Source of the DNA: Raillietiella orientalis
Lineage: Eukaryota
NCBI GenBank assembly: GCA_036172245.1
Contig: JAYWIR010000018.1
Location: forward strand, 2,790,001-2,854,000
Direction: 5' to 3'
DNA: 64,000 bases
The stretch's first letter is position 1. Every line of letters begins with the position of its first letter. This document shows, piece after piece, positions 63,330 to 64,000 of the stretch. The notes beneath the pieces were generated by a model that was not told where the DNA came from, did no database searches, and worked only from the letters and a program-made list of their open reading frames with translations. The translations under genes were made by a program, and so were the position numbers.

Positions 63330-64000
63330 CTAGGAAGGCTCTGCCTTCCCTCTTACTCTGGGGAGGAGAACCGGAACCTTTGCCCTGGTTGTCTACGAAA
63401 GGAATCCTGAAGGGAACCTCTTCCTTGTTTTCTCCGGAGGGACCCCCGAAGGGAGCCAATCCTCGTTTCTTCTTCGGAGGGATCCCCGGCTCCCTGTTTC
63501 CTCCTCTGAAGAGAACTCTGAAGTGATGCCACTATGTTACGACTTATCTAACCTTATATCAGAGCGACTGGCGATTTATACTCAATGATCATTATATTCA
63601 ATTTACCTCTCTCAAATAAATTTACAATTAAATCCTATTTCAATACAAAATTACATATACATATCCAAATTTAAGATATTGTAGTTCACAAATTATTCTT
63701 TTTCATGCTGCATCTTGATTAAAATTTTTAATTACTCTTTATTAAGAGCATTCCCAATTTCTCTGAAGGGAGCAGTGCACTTCTTGCACTCTCGGGAGGC
63801 AACCCCCGAGGGGGTTATCAACAAGCTCCTTTTCACAGCCGGAGGGAAACAGGTCCTTGAATCCTGTAAGGACACCGGACGGTCAACTTCTAATCCCATC
63901 CAGTCAACGGGGCTTCCACCAGTGCAGCACAGGAAGCCTACAGACCAACCAGCATCATCCTGCATGGAGGACTCGATCCTCTTCCGAGAGGGATTCGAAT
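63330..64000. repeat. Dispersed GC-rich repeat family A, copy 4, with an AT-rich ~220-bp insertion (~63524-63747); runs off the window end
   Basis: 63880-63960 closely matches the reverse complement of ~9370-9450. CTCTGAAG...CCCAATTTCTCTGAAGGG is near-contiguous in other copies but split here by AT-rich DNA. Confidence 0.75.

Overview
Eukaryotic, most likely invertebrate (arthropod-like) genomic DNA. It alternates between AT-rich, CpG-poor gene blocks with ~45-60 nt GT-AG introns and GC-rich blocks of decayed mobile elements. Four intact spliced genes form two tail-to-tail pairs. TTI1 (+, 23697-28716) and ICMT (-, 29938-28713) have physically overlapping stop codons. A Pgant1-like polypeptide GalNAc-transferase (+, 47115-53848) and TACO1 (-, ~54908-53889) have stops 40 bp apart. 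The most notable accessory feature is a ~5.5 kb degraded, co-oriented multi-gene relic (~17150-22550) resembling a rhabdovirus-like endogenous viral element: two tandem class III glycoprotein-like remnants, small unassigned ORFs, a repeated TAGAAAAATGA-type junction motif, and a later hAT MITE insertion with an 8-bp TSD. Also present: three copies (two of ~920 bp, one deleted) of a mariner-derived 3'-3' foldback MITE; an L1/Tx1-type RT relic; a dispersed GC-rich repeat family carrying a tRNA-like A/B-box module; remnants of piggyBac, Harbinger, Tigger, Tc1, hAT, RTE and other LINEs; and decayed host-gene copies (Ptf1a/Fer1 bHLH, a ZZ zinc-finger gene, possibly a multi-domain globin). All protein assignments are by-eye motif recognition without database searches. 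Most short ORFs in the supplied track are spurious.
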